Positions 1 through 40,182 are shown, counted from the stretch's first letter. The stretch: DNA of 64,000 nucleotides from the human T2T-CHM13v2.0 reference genome, Homo sapiens (GCF_009914755.1 NC_060933.1); one strand, 5' to 3'. Made by a program: numbers and translations. The notes: generated by a model not told the origin, from the letters alone.

Positions 1-54
1 GGGCCTGGCTTATGATCTATGAACCCCCGGCCGATCTAGAGGTTAGGGCTCTAG

Positions 55-900
55 ATGGGGCGGGGATTCGGTTAGAGAGGGCAGGGTGGAGGGGAGGATA
101 GACAGGAACCAGGGAGGTCCAGGCCCAGTGGGGGCTGAGCTGAGCGGGGGAGGCGGGGCCGAGAAGGGCGGGGCAGAGGAGTGGGATGAGCGTGGTTGGG
201 GCAGGGCCAGTGGGGCAGGGTCAAGGCTGTGTTGAGGGGTAGAGTGGGCGTGGTCGGAGCGGAGCCGGTGGGCGGGACCCGGCGGTGTGGAGCTGCACCC
301 GGAGTTTGTAAGGATCAGGAAAGCTGCCTGGAGCTGGGCAGACAGGCTGACCCAGGGACCCTGACCACCTACCTGAGCTTCCACCCAGCTTCAAGGCTGT
401 GGGGATCGTTTCTTAGCCAAGGTGAAAGGCCCTGAGCCCTCCAGTGGGCTCTGAGGGTTTGAATGTTTATTCTAAATGGGCTCCAACACGGAGTGCGCGT
501 GCGCTCAAGGACCAGCTGGCTAGGAGCGCCTTCTCTCCCCGAGGGGATCTGGAATGTTCATCCGCGGTCTTCCCAGTGGTCCTCTCCTGAGCACCCTGGG
601 CATGGGGTTGGGAAGTGGGCACACTTCTTCAGTGCGTGGTACTTTCTGTCCCTCCCAATGACATTGGTCTCTTCCAAATTCCCCAGGCATAGGAACAGCC
701 ACAAGAGCCAACTCACATTTCCCAAAGCCCTCTGGGGGCACGGCAGCGCCCTGGGCAGAGGAGAGAACTGCCCAGCTCAGCGGGGAGAAATCCCAGTGGT
801 GCTTTCCGTTCCCCCCAGGCTCGATGACTGCCATACTTACCAGCTGGGGGCGCTGGTGAGCACTGCCAGTCTCCAGCGCCCGCCCTTACCCCGGGGCAGT
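55..900. promoter_or_regulatory. GC-rich promoter/insulator-like element ~36 kb downstream of the ABO ATG
   Basis: Several GGGCGG boxes (55-280), NRF1-like TGCGCGTGCGC (494-504), CTCF-like CCAGCTGGGGGCGC (840-853). Confidence 0.45.
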
Positions 901-949
901 GCTGCTTACAGCACGGCGACTCCTAAAGGCAAGGAGTTAAAGGCACACG

Positions 950-7932
<6,983 letters not shown>

Positions 7933-9269
7933 TCATTATATTTTTTAAAACACATGAAAAGTCATGTCATATTCTAGCCATATAACAAATGAACCGTTTC
8001 GGATCACAAATCCCAAACCCAGTCAAAAGCGTGTAGCCATTGTCTTAAATTCCAAGTCATTGGTTCAGATGAAACCTGTGAAGCTAAAAATCTACTAAAT
8101 CCATTTTTAGGAAGAAGAAAAAACCACCCTGCCACAAACCAGCAAACTAATCGCACCTGTATGTTCACAGGGATGGGATGCGCAAAGCAAACCCTGCCGT
8201 GTGAAGGCAGCTGAGACAAAGAGCTGGCCAGGTAGGTCCCTGCCCGGCCATCCCCCGTCACAGTACCTGCTGAGGCTGCAGAGCAGGGGCCCAACACGCA
8301 GACACCCAACGTGCAGGCCACGGGCGGGGCTTCTGCCCAAAACCAGCTGTACCAGGCGCCATCCTGACACCTGCCCGCCCGGGAGAGCAGAACACAGTGG
8401 GAGATCCAGGGGCTTCTTCGGAAGAGCACCGAGAGATCCCGTCTCCTCTGCAGGCTCCCTCTCTCCGGGCCAGGCCTGCCCTTCACAGCACAGAGTTCAC
8501 CCTTAGTGTCCCCAAGGCCCTGGACTTCTTGGGTGTGCTGGTGTCTCTCTGACTTTCTCCCTTTGGACTTTCTGGTAACTCTGGCCCTCCAGGGCAGCTC
8601 TGGTACTTGGGAAGCCTCTAGAAAGACTTGGGCAGAGGCAGCGATGGCCTAGGCCCACTCAACCCAGAGAGCTCTGAAGACACGCCCTGCCTTCTGGGAG
8701 AACTGCCTGGTGCCTCCTCAAGCAGATCCTGGGGGGCCCTGTGTGGGGGTCAGTTCCCTGTCCTCAAGGAGCTCACTTTGACTCTGGGGCAAACCTAGTG
8801 TGGGTGGTCGGCATCAGCCATTGTCCATGTGGGGAGACTGAGGATCAGAGGGGCACATCCAGCCTGGGAAAGCCAGACCACGCGCAGCTCTTGGCATTGT
8901 CTTCACCTGCTCCGTCAGCAACACCACCCCCTGGGGGGCAGCTGGGTGACCCCCATCTCACAGCAGGGGAGACAGGGCTTCGAAAAGCCCCTGTGCAAAG
9001 CAGAGCTGGGACTTGAGGCCACCGGATTTGGTGCAGAGGAGACAGCTTGGATCCAGGGACAAGCTCTGCCAGCAGGGAGGACAGGACTGGGTGATGGGAG
9101 CTTAGTTTTGGAATAAAAAAATCTGCAAAGGAGCCTATCTGTCCAGTAAGCACCACAGAAACAGAGTTCCCAGTGGCAGCCACCATTCCTTGAGGGCCTC
9201 CCCTGTGTCTAGCACTTTCCAGAGTTTTCTCTCTGATTCCTCCACTCAGACCTAGTAGGGACAACTGCA

Positions 9270-9531
9270 GGGCCTGGGCTGCAATGGTGGGGCTGGGCTG
9301 CAGTGGTGGGCTGGGCTGCAGTGGTGTGTCTGGGCTGCAATGGTGGGCTGGGCTGCAGTGGTCGGGCTGAGCTACAGTGGTGGGGCTGGGGTGCAGTGGT
9401 GGGCTGAGCTGCAGTGGGTGCAGTGGTGTGTCTGGGCTGCAGTGATGGGCCTCAGCTGCAGTCGTGTGTCTGGGCTGCAGTGGTTTTTCTGGGCTGCAGT
9501 GGTGAGGCTGTGCTGCGGTGATGGGGCTGGG
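9270..9531 (+). repeat. Degenerate minisatellite, ~18-20-bp CTGGGCTGCAGTGGTG units
   Basis: About 13 imperfect GGGCTGCAGTGG copies. Confidence 0.85.
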
Positions 9532-9681
9532 CTAGCGCTTCACGTGTGGGTCTCTCACGCCTGGTAAACCAAATGCCCTGCAGCAAGGAGTCCACACAGG
9601 AGCCTGCCAGGGGCGGCTGCTGATGGCTCCGGCTTCTGCACCACTTGCCCGGGGATGTGGGGGCTCCGTATACCCTAGTAT

Positions 9682-10211
9682 TGTTACCAGAAAGGAGTCC
9701 CAGTCCAAACCCCAAGACAGGGTTCTTGGATCTCAGCTGAGTATACTTATACTGATTTCTGGATTATAGGCTCAACAACAGGTGGATTGTTTGTGAGTTT
9801 TCCAAGAAAGGGGAGGGGATTTTTCTGAACTGAGGGTCCCTCTCCTTTTTAGACCATATGGGGTAACTTCTGGACGTTGCCATGGCATTTGTAAACTGTT
9901 GTGGCACAGGTGGGAGTGTCTTTTAGCAGCTAATGTATTATAATTAGCGCATAATGAGCAGTGAGGACAACTGGAGGTTCCTTTTGTCGCCATCTTGGTT
10001 TTGGTGGGTTTTGGCTGGCTTCTTTACTGCATCCCATTTGATCAGCAGGGTCTTGGTGACTTGTATCTTGTGATACTAATCCTGCCAACCTCCTATCTTA
10101 TCCTGTGACTAAGAATGCCTAACCCCCTGAGAATGCAGTGCAGAAGGTTCAGCCTCATTTTACCCAGTCCCTATTCAACATGGAGTCGCTCTAGTTCACT
10201 CGCCTCTGACA
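9682..10211 (-). mobile_element. ERV1 solo LTR, MER41-like (internally deleted)
   Basis: TG...CA termini; ends tgttaccagaaagg and gcctctgaca match recalled MER41 ends. Confidence 0.75.
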
Positions 10212-10694
10212 GTGATGATCTATCCTTTACTGGGGCTCAGCCTTCACCCACTGAGGGGCCCTGGATGGAAGCATGTGTTTGCTTGGTGGGGATGACAAGT
10301 CGAATTTCCCAGCCCCTGTGATCCAGAGGCTCTTCCAAGACACCGGGACTGGAGAGGAGTGGGGGGCCTAGATGGGGGTGGGCACGAGAGGCTGGTGATG
10401 GCTTCAAGAGGGGAGGGGCACACTTGCCAGGAAGAGGCTGAGTGCAGCAGAGAGCAGCGGGACTGACATTTGAGGCAAGGGTCCTGTGGAGGGAGGAGGG
10501 AAGAAGTTGGAGAGTGATGCCTGGAGGCCAAGGTGGCACCACTGGGCCCTTCCGCAGCTCCTGGGGGGAAACTGGGTTGGGCCCAGGTGAGCAGGAGGGA
10601 AGGGAGGGTTCACCCTGGGAGTGCAGGATGGGTGCTGGTTTAGGGTGAGGACCTGGGGAAGCAGGAGAGGTTAGGAGAACGACCACGCTGAAAG

Positions 10695-11318
10695 TGAAAC
10701 CGCCTTTGCAAAAACTCTATCAATTAGAAAAATTGTAAGAGTGAGCTGAGCTAACCCGCCCCTCATCTTTCCTTTCCCTTAATGATTCCTGGGCTTTTGG
10801 GCTGAGCTAACCTTGGGAGACATTTAATTTATAGTTTAAATAACAGCAGGCCTCCCCCAAAACTCTTCTGCCTGTGTAAACCTAATGAAAAGCTATGAGG
10901 CGAGAGGGAGAAGCTAAGGTGTAGACCTCTCTAGCAAAATACACAATTTCCCCAACTGTAGATTGGTCTTTTGAGATATCTTTTCAGGTTTTTTGCAGGT
11001 CTGATACCCATGGCTCTACCTGGAACCCCCAACCTCACTCCTGTGACACCCCCCTAAGAAGCGATTTAGCCTGCAGGAGGACAGCTTTGACCCTCCATGA
11101 GTTCATGTCTGCCCCAGCCAATCAGTACCTGTTACTTGGCCACCCCTGACCCCCCAAACTGCCTTGAGAAACCCCTAGCTATGAGCCTTTGATGAGATGA
11201 TTTGAGTACAAACTCTCTCTACCATGTGGTTGGCCTCATGTCTATTAAACTCTTTCTTTACTGGAATGCATGGTCTTTATTTAGAAAGGGAGCAGGAGGA
11301 ACCCCTTGGGTGGTTACA
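10695..11318 (+). mobile_element. ERV1 solo LTR, LTR8-family-like
   Basis: Starts TGAAACCGCCTTTGCAAAA, ends GGTGGTTACA; similar to the LTR at 55691-56388. Confidence 0.75.
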
Positions 11319-11400
11319 GAGGGCAGGATGAAATCCCTTTGAAATGAGCAGTACAGAACTCCAAAGGAAGAGATGGGGTCTGTGTGTTTCTTCTGCCACC

Positions 11401-11955
11401 TGAAATAATTGAAAGGTTCAAAATCCAATGTTATAGAGTTTATTCGAACTCTAAGTTTGACGACCACCACTCAAAAAACACAGACTCTAAAGGAATGGGC
11501 TCAGTGCTCTGAGGTGGAGGGATTAGGGCTTCACTTAAATGGGAAAATACAAGGAGGTTTAGCATGATTACATTTTCCACATAAGATTGGCTTATGAGTT
11601 GCAGCAATTTGTTTGGTTATATCCTGTTCCCTTCGGGAAAAGTATATTTAACATACTGTCTTATGGAATTTGATAGGCATGGGGTCTTTTGTACCATCTG
11701 GTCTGAGTTGGGTGCAAGAAAAGAAAGAAGTTAATTCGTAACAAAAGGTCAGTAACTAAGAAAGGGAAGGGGTCTTACATCTGGTGCCATTTAGTCTTTC
11801 ATAACATTTTACAAATCAAGAAAGGAAGAGCGTTAATCTATAATTGGAGAAGCAAAGTTCACAGCGACTTGCTGCTTGACTAGGGTGTCAGAATCACATT
11901 CTTTCAAGGCTCGAAGTAATTTAAAGTTCCAACAGCTTTAATCTGATGAGCTTAT
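11401..11955 (-). mobile_element. Older ERV1 LTR (MER67-like), interrupted by the MER4A-like LTR
   Basis: The minus strand contains AAAGCTGTTGGAACTTTAAATTA, a recalled MER67-type start; remnant terminus at 12579-12587. Confidence 0.45.
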
Positions 11956-12578
11956 TGTCGACAAAAAGAGTCAAACTCTGAAAAATATTTGAAGAGATTT
12001 ATTCTGAGCCGAATCTGAGTGACCAATGGCCCGAGACAGAGACCTCAGGAGGGCCTGAGAACATGTGCCCAGGGTGATCTGGGCACAGCCTAATTGTATA
12101 CATTTTAGGGAGACATGAGACATCAATCAAATACATGCAAGATCCACATTGCTTCTGTCCAGAAAGGTAGGACAACTCGAAGGTGGAGCGGGGAGGTTCC
12201 AGGTTATAGGTAGATTCAAAATTTTTTTATTGGCAATTGGTTGAAAGAGTTATTATCACTAGAAAGGAGTGTCTAGGTTATGATAAGGGGTTGTGGAGAC
12301 CAAAGTTTTATCATGCAAAGGAAGACTCCAGGTAGCACGCTTCAGAGAGTATAGATTGTAAATGCCACTAATCAGACTTAAGGTCTGTGTTAATGTTCAT
12401 GCTGGTCAGCTTTGCTGAATTCCAAAAGGGAGGAGGACATAAATGAGGCATGTCCACTCCACCTTCTCTTCACAGCCTGAACCGGTTTTTCAGGTTAACT
12501 TTGGAGTGCCCTGGCCAAGAGGAGGGGTCCATTCCGATGGCTGGGGGAGTGGGCTTAGAATTTTATCTTTGGTTTACA
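11956..12578 (-). mobile_element. ERV1 solo LTR, MER4A-like, sense to ABO
   Basis: Minus strand TGTAAACCAAAGATAAAATTCTAAGCCC...CAGAATAAATCTCTTC...GTCGACA. Confidence 0.8.
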
Positions 12579-12956
12579 CTACTTTCAAGCTGCGAACATC
12601 ATAAGCCACCTTCTGCCAGGTGTGGCCCTGGGGAGGGGTCCCTTAACATGTGATAGGAGGTGCCACCACGGCTAGGCAGCTACTTGTCATCAGGACACAG
12701 AAGAGCCTCTTGGACCTGGGGAAGGACCTGTGAGACTGTGAAGAGGAAAAGTCAGTTTTGAATCAAACCCATTTTATAAATAAGAAAAATTACAAAACGC
12801 TTCTCAGAAGGCGGCGGGGTGGGGGGCGGTGAGGAGGGGGACCCAGGGCACCTAAAGGCTAATTCTTGCTAGAGTCATTTAAATTTTAACTTAAATTTTC
12901 TAATGTTGCTAATAGACTTAATTATCTGTTCACACCTTTTAAAAATGGCTAAACAT

Positions 12957-13315
<359 letters not shown>

Positions 13316-13999
13316 TCACTGGATTCTCAGCCAGTGCTGCCCCCAGAGCAGAAGGCAGCTGTGGCAAGCAGAGGGGCGGCCCCACCTCCACCTGGAAGAT
13401 TCCTGCTCAGATCCTGGGTCACCTGCCCAACTGATGATGCCCCAGCTGCTCCTGCTGCGAAGCTGAACCCAGAACCCACTCAGGTCTGGTCCCCACTCCG
13501 CCCCCAGCACCCCTAGTGCGGCCACGCGGGAGGATGGGGCCCGAGGCTGCAGGGGAGGAAGCGGGTGGATCAAGGCAAGCCTCGCCTCGCCTCGCCTCAC
13601 CCATGGGTGTTGGTTTTTGTTTTTTAAACCAAACAGAGCAGAGAGGGGCAAGGAAGCAAAAATGACTCAAGCCCACAGAGGCAGCAGCTCTCCCTGTGCT
13701 GGGCACATGCCCAAGGCTGGCTTTGGGGACAAAGAATAATCAAAGATGACACTTTGGGGCTGCCCTCTCCCCAGCCCTCCTGGGCAAAGTCGGTGCGTCC
13801 CAGGAGTCAGCCTGGACTTGAACCTCTGACACCCGACTGCTGCTGGCCTGGTGCAGGGACCCGAGGGGCCCGAGGACACAGGAAAGGGCCTGGAGGGAGA
13901 GAGCAGCCGGACTCCGCCCAAGCAATTTAGGCGCCTGCCTCATCTGTGGTCCCCCACACCCCCAGCTCACCAAGCAGCAGGACAACCCCTGGAAATCCC

Positions 14000-14520
14000 C
14001 CAGGGAGGCGGGGCGCAGGGATTGCAGTGAGGCCCTGTGCCCAGGCTGGCTGTGCCCTACCTGCGGGAAGAGTCACTCCAGTCCCTCTGGGCTGGTCCAG
14101 GTGCAACCACAGTAGGACACAGGTCAACTCCAGTGAAATGTGGAGGGAGGAAGGGTGTGCCTGCCTGCTCCTTCCCCTCCCTTGCAGGGAGGGGCCGTTG
14201 CCCTCAGCAACAGAATGCCCACGTGGGATACTGGAAGCTTCAGCTTACCCCACCCCACCCCTCCAGGCCCGGTTTGTCCTGGGCGCAAGGGGCTACTTCA
14301 GAGCTGCCAGGCCTCCACAGCAACACATTAAATGTTCTGGAAACTAGGAGATGTGGCACTGCTGTACAACGGTCAGGAATAGCCATCCTGTCCTCCTGAC
14401 CCGGTGAAAACCAGCTTCTGCTGGGAAGGAGCATGGGGTGGCGCCTGGCTTTTGGAGTCAGGAAGAACCAGGCTTAAGTAATAGAACTGCCTGACCTCCA
14501 GCTTGTCTCTTCAGCTCCCA
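14000..14520. promoter_or_regulatory. Approximate position of the ABO downstream epithelial enhancer ('+22.6-kb site')
   Basis: Placed by distance from the ATG only, and uncertain because the 3' VNTR varies in length. Unique sequence with several GGAA ETS cores (e.g. CAGGAAG at ~14459). Confidence 0.3.
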
Positions 14521-15049
14521 GGTCTGTGCTCGATTTGGGATTATTGGGTGGGGCACATAAGAAGCTGCGTTCTGTGCTCTCAGGGTGCTGGACGCTGTTT
14601 CAGGTACCAGTACACACCAGAGGGAAGAGAGTGCCTGATGGCATGGTGATTGATTTTAGTGGGGACAGCTAGACACTAAACCAGGAGTTCTGTCATGCCA
14701 GTTGGTGATAAATTGATTTCTTGAAGATTTTTCCACTTCCAGGCAAGGTAGAACAGATGCACCTGTCCCCACGCCCTACACTAAGGACAGTTAAAATCCC
14801 TGTATATTTCCCTGGGTATTACACATACATATATAACTACATACATAAACGTATGTATATCAAACACTAAAAGGTGGAGAGAAGAAGGCAGACCATGTAG
14901 GGACCTTGGGACCTGAGGAATGACATGACAGGAGTTCCCTGGGTTTTCTTTCTGCCTCATATATCTGTGACTGTGTGCTGGAAAAGCCAGCAACACGAAA
15001 CACCAAAAGACACAGACAAAAACCAACAACAACAAACCCAACAAGTTGG

Positions 15050-15985
15050 CCCTCAGCCAAAATAATTAGGCAAGAGGAAGAAATAAAAGGTATCCAAATT
15101 GGAAAGGAAGAACTTAAATTGTCCCTGTTTACAGATGACATGATCTTATAGAAAACCCTAAAGATTCCACCAATAAGATGTTAGAATAAATGAAATCAGT
15201 AAAGTTGCAGGATATAAAATTAACATACAACAATCTGTAGCATTTCTATACCCTAACAAAGAAATCAAGAAAACGATGTCATTTACAATAGCTACAAAAA
15301 ATACTTGCAATTAAATCCAACCAAGGAAGTGAAAGATCTGTATGCTGAAAACTATAAAACATTTGTGAAAGAAATTGAAGATACAAATAATTAGAAAGCT
15401 GTCCCATATCTGAGATCAGGTGCCAAAAAAAAGACATCCCATGTTCATGAATTGGAAGAATTAATATTGTTAAAATGTCCATACAACCCCAAACAATCTA
15501 CAGATTCAATGCAATCCCTATCAAAATTTCATTGACATTTTTCACTGAAATAAATAAAATAATCCTAAAATTCGTATGAGGGAGTAACACCTGCTCCACA
15601 GTGGCACAAAGCACTGTCAGGTGCCACACACAGCCTGTTGGGACATGTGGGCCACAGTACTTCCCCACCTAAAGTACTGTAGAGGCCCAGGAGACATGAG
15701 CCAGGGCCATTTTAACTGTCAGTAATGGCCACAAAGACCCCTAAATAGCCAAAGCAATCTTAAGCAAAAAGAACAAAGCTGGAGACAATACACTACCTAA
15801 CTTCAAGATATACTATAAAGCTATAATAATCAAAACATCATGATATTGGCATAAAAACAAACAGACCAATGAAACAGAATAGAGAGCCCGGAAGTGAATC
15901 CATGCATTTATGGTCAACTGATTTTTGACAGAAATGCCAAGAAACACAATGTGGAAACGACAGTCTGTTCAATAAATGATGTTGG
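15050..15985 (+). mobile_element. L1 ORF2 fragment containing a 158-bp non-L1 insert
   Basis: Contains ctgtttacagatgacatgat (FADD-region homologue) and other L1 ORF2 sequence. Confidence 0.85.
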
Positions 15986-16195
15986 GGCCAGGTGCAGTGG
16001 CTCATGCTTATAATCCTAGCACTTTGGGATGCCGAGGTGGAAGGACCACTTGAGGCCTCCCTCCAGGCTCCGGAAGAGACCTCCTCCATGATCCCTTGTC
16101 TAAGGGGAAGGTTCCTCAGGACCTTACCGTGGGGGCTGAAGGTGGCCACCCCTCCAGGAACTTATGCCCCAGGCGCTGAATTTGGGCTGCCTAAG

Positions 16196-17390
16196 TCTGT
16201 GTGCGTGCGTCTGTGTTTGTGTGCATGTCTGCATGTCTGTGTGTTTGCATGCATGTCTGTGTGTCTGTGTGGTCTATGTGTCTGTGTGTACACTTCTGTA
16301 TGTCTTTCTCTGTGCATTTTTGCATGTGTCTCCATGTGTCTCTGTGCATGTCTGTGTGTCTATATGTCTGTGTCTTTGTATCTGTGTATCTGTGTCTGTG
16401 TGTCTTTGCGTGTCTGGTGTGTGTGTGTGTGTGTCTATGTTTGTGTGTCTGTGTCTCTGTGTGTCTGTGTCTGTGTATGTAATGGTGCGTCTCTGTGGCA
16501 AGAAGAGGGTGTGTGTGATTGTGTGTATGTGTGTCTTTCTGTGTGTGTCTGTGTGTGTAATGGTGTGTCTCTGTGGCGGGGAGGGGATGTGTGTGATTGT
16601 GTGTCTGTGTGTGTGTCTGTGTATGTCTGTGTGTGTGTGTGTATGTCTGTGTATGTAACGGTGTGTCTCTGTGGCGGGGGGTGTGTGTGTGATTGTGTGT
16701 GTGTGTGTGTCTGTGTATGTAATGGTGTGTCTCTGTGGCGGGGAGGATGTGTATGTGATTTTGTGTCTGTGTGTGTCTTTCTGTGTGTGTCTGTGTATGT
16801 AATGGTGTGTCTCTGTGGCAGGGAGGGGCTGTGTGTGTCTTTCTGTGTATGTGTGTGTAACGGTGTGTCTCTATGGCCGGGAGGGGGTATCTGTGATTGT
16901 GTGTCTGTGTGTGTCTGTGTATGTAATGGTGTGTCTCTGTGGCGGGGAGGGGCTGTGTGTGATTGTGTGTCTGTGTGTGTCTGTGTATGTAATGGTGTGT
17001 CTCTGTGGCGGGGAGGGTGTGTGTGTGATTTTGTGTCTGTGTGTGTCTTTCTGTGTGTGTCTGTGTATGTAATGGTGTGTCTCTGTGGCGGGGAGGGGCT
17101 GCGTGTGATTGTGTGTCTGTGTGTGTCTTTCTGTGTATGTGTGTGTAATGGTGTGTTTCTGTGGCCGGAAGGGCGTATCTGCGATTGCGTGTCTGTGTAT
17201 GTAATGGTGTGTCTCTGTGGTGGGGAGGGTGTGTGTGTGATTTTGTGTCTGTGTCTTTCTGTGTGTGTCTGTGTATGTAATGGTGTCTCTGTGGCGGGGA
17301 GGGTGTGTGTGTGATTTTGTGTCTGTGTGTGTCTTTGTGTGTCTGTGTATGTAATGGTGTCTCTGTGGCGGGGAGGGGGTGTGTGTGATT
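16196..17390. repeat. ABO 3' TG/CA-rich compound tandem repeat (~13 units of 57-98 bp plus a TG-rich leader)
   Basis: Core GTAAYGGTGTGTCTCTGTGGCGGGGAGGG recurs 13 times between 16479 and 17375, separated by (TG)n-rich spacers. Confidence 0.95.
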
Positions 17391-17528
17391 TGAGGTGGGG
17401 ACGGGGCCTAGGCTTCAGTTACTCACAACAGGACGGACAAAGGAAACAGAGTTTACCCGTTCTGCTAAAACCAAGGGCGGGAGGGGGACGGGGCTGCTGG
17501 CAGCCCTCCCAGAGCCCCTGGCAGCCGC

Positions 17529-37064
<19,536 letters not shown>

Positions 37065-37982
37065 GGCTCCGCGTCTGGTCTCGGCCTCCGCCTTCCGCCC
37101 GGCGGCCCTGGGGCGGGGTGAGCCCGAGGCGCCCCCTCCCGGCCCGCGCCGCCCGCCGCCCCGACTTCCCGAGGCCGAACACGGGAGGGGACAGAGGGGC
37201 GCGGGAGGCGGCCGCGGGTCCCCAGGGACCCCTGCTAGGAAGGGACGGCGCCTCCTCGCGCGCATCCCCAAGGGACCCGCGCGCCCCTCGTGGCCCTGGT
37301 ACCTTGGGGCCCTGTCCCCGCATCCCGCCCTGGGGCCGAGCGGCTCCGGGTGCCCCTGAAGCCCCGTCCCCGGGGGCCCCTTGACACCCTGTCTCCCGGG
37401 CGGGGGCGACCCCCTGACATCCTGCTCCCCCGGGGAGGCGGGGGAGACGAACCCGTGAAGCTGCGGCCCCAGAACCCACGATCCCCGGCCTTCCGGCTCG
37501 CGCGCGCCGCAGCCTGTAGCCCTCCAGCCCCGCAGGACCCTGTGCCCCGCGCCCGCGACGTCCCCCTAGGCAGAGTCGCTTCCCCGGCCCCGGCTCGCGG
37601 CCCCACGGAGCTCTGCGTCCCGCAGACTGAGGAACCTTCGCGTTCCCCCTGCGAGCGAGTCCCCCTCCGGCGCCCGCGCCGGGCCCTGAGGCCTCTTCGC
37701 GCGGTCCGTGGACAAAGCCCCGCTCCGCCCCGCTACGACCCCCGCCCTTGCCTGGCGTCCGCTCGAGGAAGCTCAGGAGAGGGCGGCGGCGGCTGCAGGG
37801 ACTGGGAGAGCGCGCCCCGCTGCGAAGAGGAGTTACCTCCCGAAGGGTCCCAGAGGCTTCTTCCTGCTTTTCCTGATATCTCTCAGAGGAGTTTACACTG
37901 ATACCCCGTTCACAGGACCCTGATCCCGTCCCGCCCTCCCGGGGCACCGTTCTCATCTCCGTGAAAGCTGGGGGCATCTTTA

Positions 37983-39260
<1,278 letters not shown>

Positions 39261-39261
39261 T

Positions 39262-39356
39262 AAGGAAGGAAGAAAGGGGAGGATGAAAGAAGAAAAGGGG
39301 AAAGAAGGGAGGGAGGGAGGCAGGAAGGAAGGGAGGAAGGGAGGGAGGGAGGGAAG
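39262..39356 (+). repeat. Polypurine GGAA/GGGA low-complexity tract
   Basis: About 95 nt, almost purely A/G. Confidence 0.9.
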
Positions 39357-39713
39357 TTCCCTGTGGGCAGCCCTTAACTATTCAGAGGGACAAGTGGGAC
39401 AAGCCTGGGGGCTGTGTTCCTGCCCCTGAGGGACTCTGGCCCAAGGCTTCCCTGCCTGCAGACCCCATTCCAACAGGCCACTTCTGAGACTGCAGAGCCT
39501 TGGTGGTCTCCAGGTCCACGACCAGGGAGCCCCACATGGGGAGGGTGCTCTCCACTCCACCCACCCATGAGCTGAGGGTTAGGCTGCCGCCCAGCATCCT
39601 GGTGCCACCTGCCCTGTTTGTGGGGCTGAGTGTTCTCCCTGGACGGGCCTGGCACATGGAAGAGCTCAGTGATCAGCTGTGGATCTGGTCCTCTGAGGCT
39701 GTGCCCTGTACCG

Positions 39714-40182
39714 TGAAGGACACCAGAATATGTCACTCCAAAATGAGCCTCAGAAATTATCTTGAGTTGAAGGCAACTAAGATGCAGCAGAAGCAGGGAA
39801 ATCTCTCTCTGCCCTGTCCCTCTGCTGTCTGAGGCAGGATGGAAATTATAGGAGAGAGACGCATCAGCCAGAGGAAAGAAGGCACCCTAGGGCTCTGTGA
39901 ATGAAACTTCCGCCTTAGTTTCCTCCCAATACTCACCTTGCCGGTTTCCCAAACTTGGAAGCCTAAAACCGCTCTCCTGGGTCCTGTCATTTCCCCACAC
40001 GTTGATTATTCTTTGTTGAAGTTGCTCCATAACCCAGTTCTAAGTCACTGTTCTGAGTTGCTTTTTGTTGAAGCTTCTTCAGTGAGGTGCACTACATGCA
40101 TTAATGAACTGTTTTTCTCTTTTGTAAGGAGCCCCAGCTGGAACCCTAAGAGGAGCAGAGGGAAACTTTCACTCCCCTACCA
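39714..40182 (+). mobile_element. Old ERV1 LTR (MER34-like)
   Basis: tgaaggacaccagaatatgtcactccaaaat...ctcccctacca. Confidence 0.5.

Noticed and set aside
15992-17314. 440-aa Cys/Val-rich plus-strand ORF and overlapping shorter ORFs
   Set aside because: Translation of the TG repeat, starting in an Alu fragment; stop-poor by composition and without domain features.
37700-37860. Alternative upstream ABO exon 1a
   Set aside because: An upstream exon is known roughly here and a GTAACT donor exists at 37836, but boundaries cannot be fixed from sequence alone.
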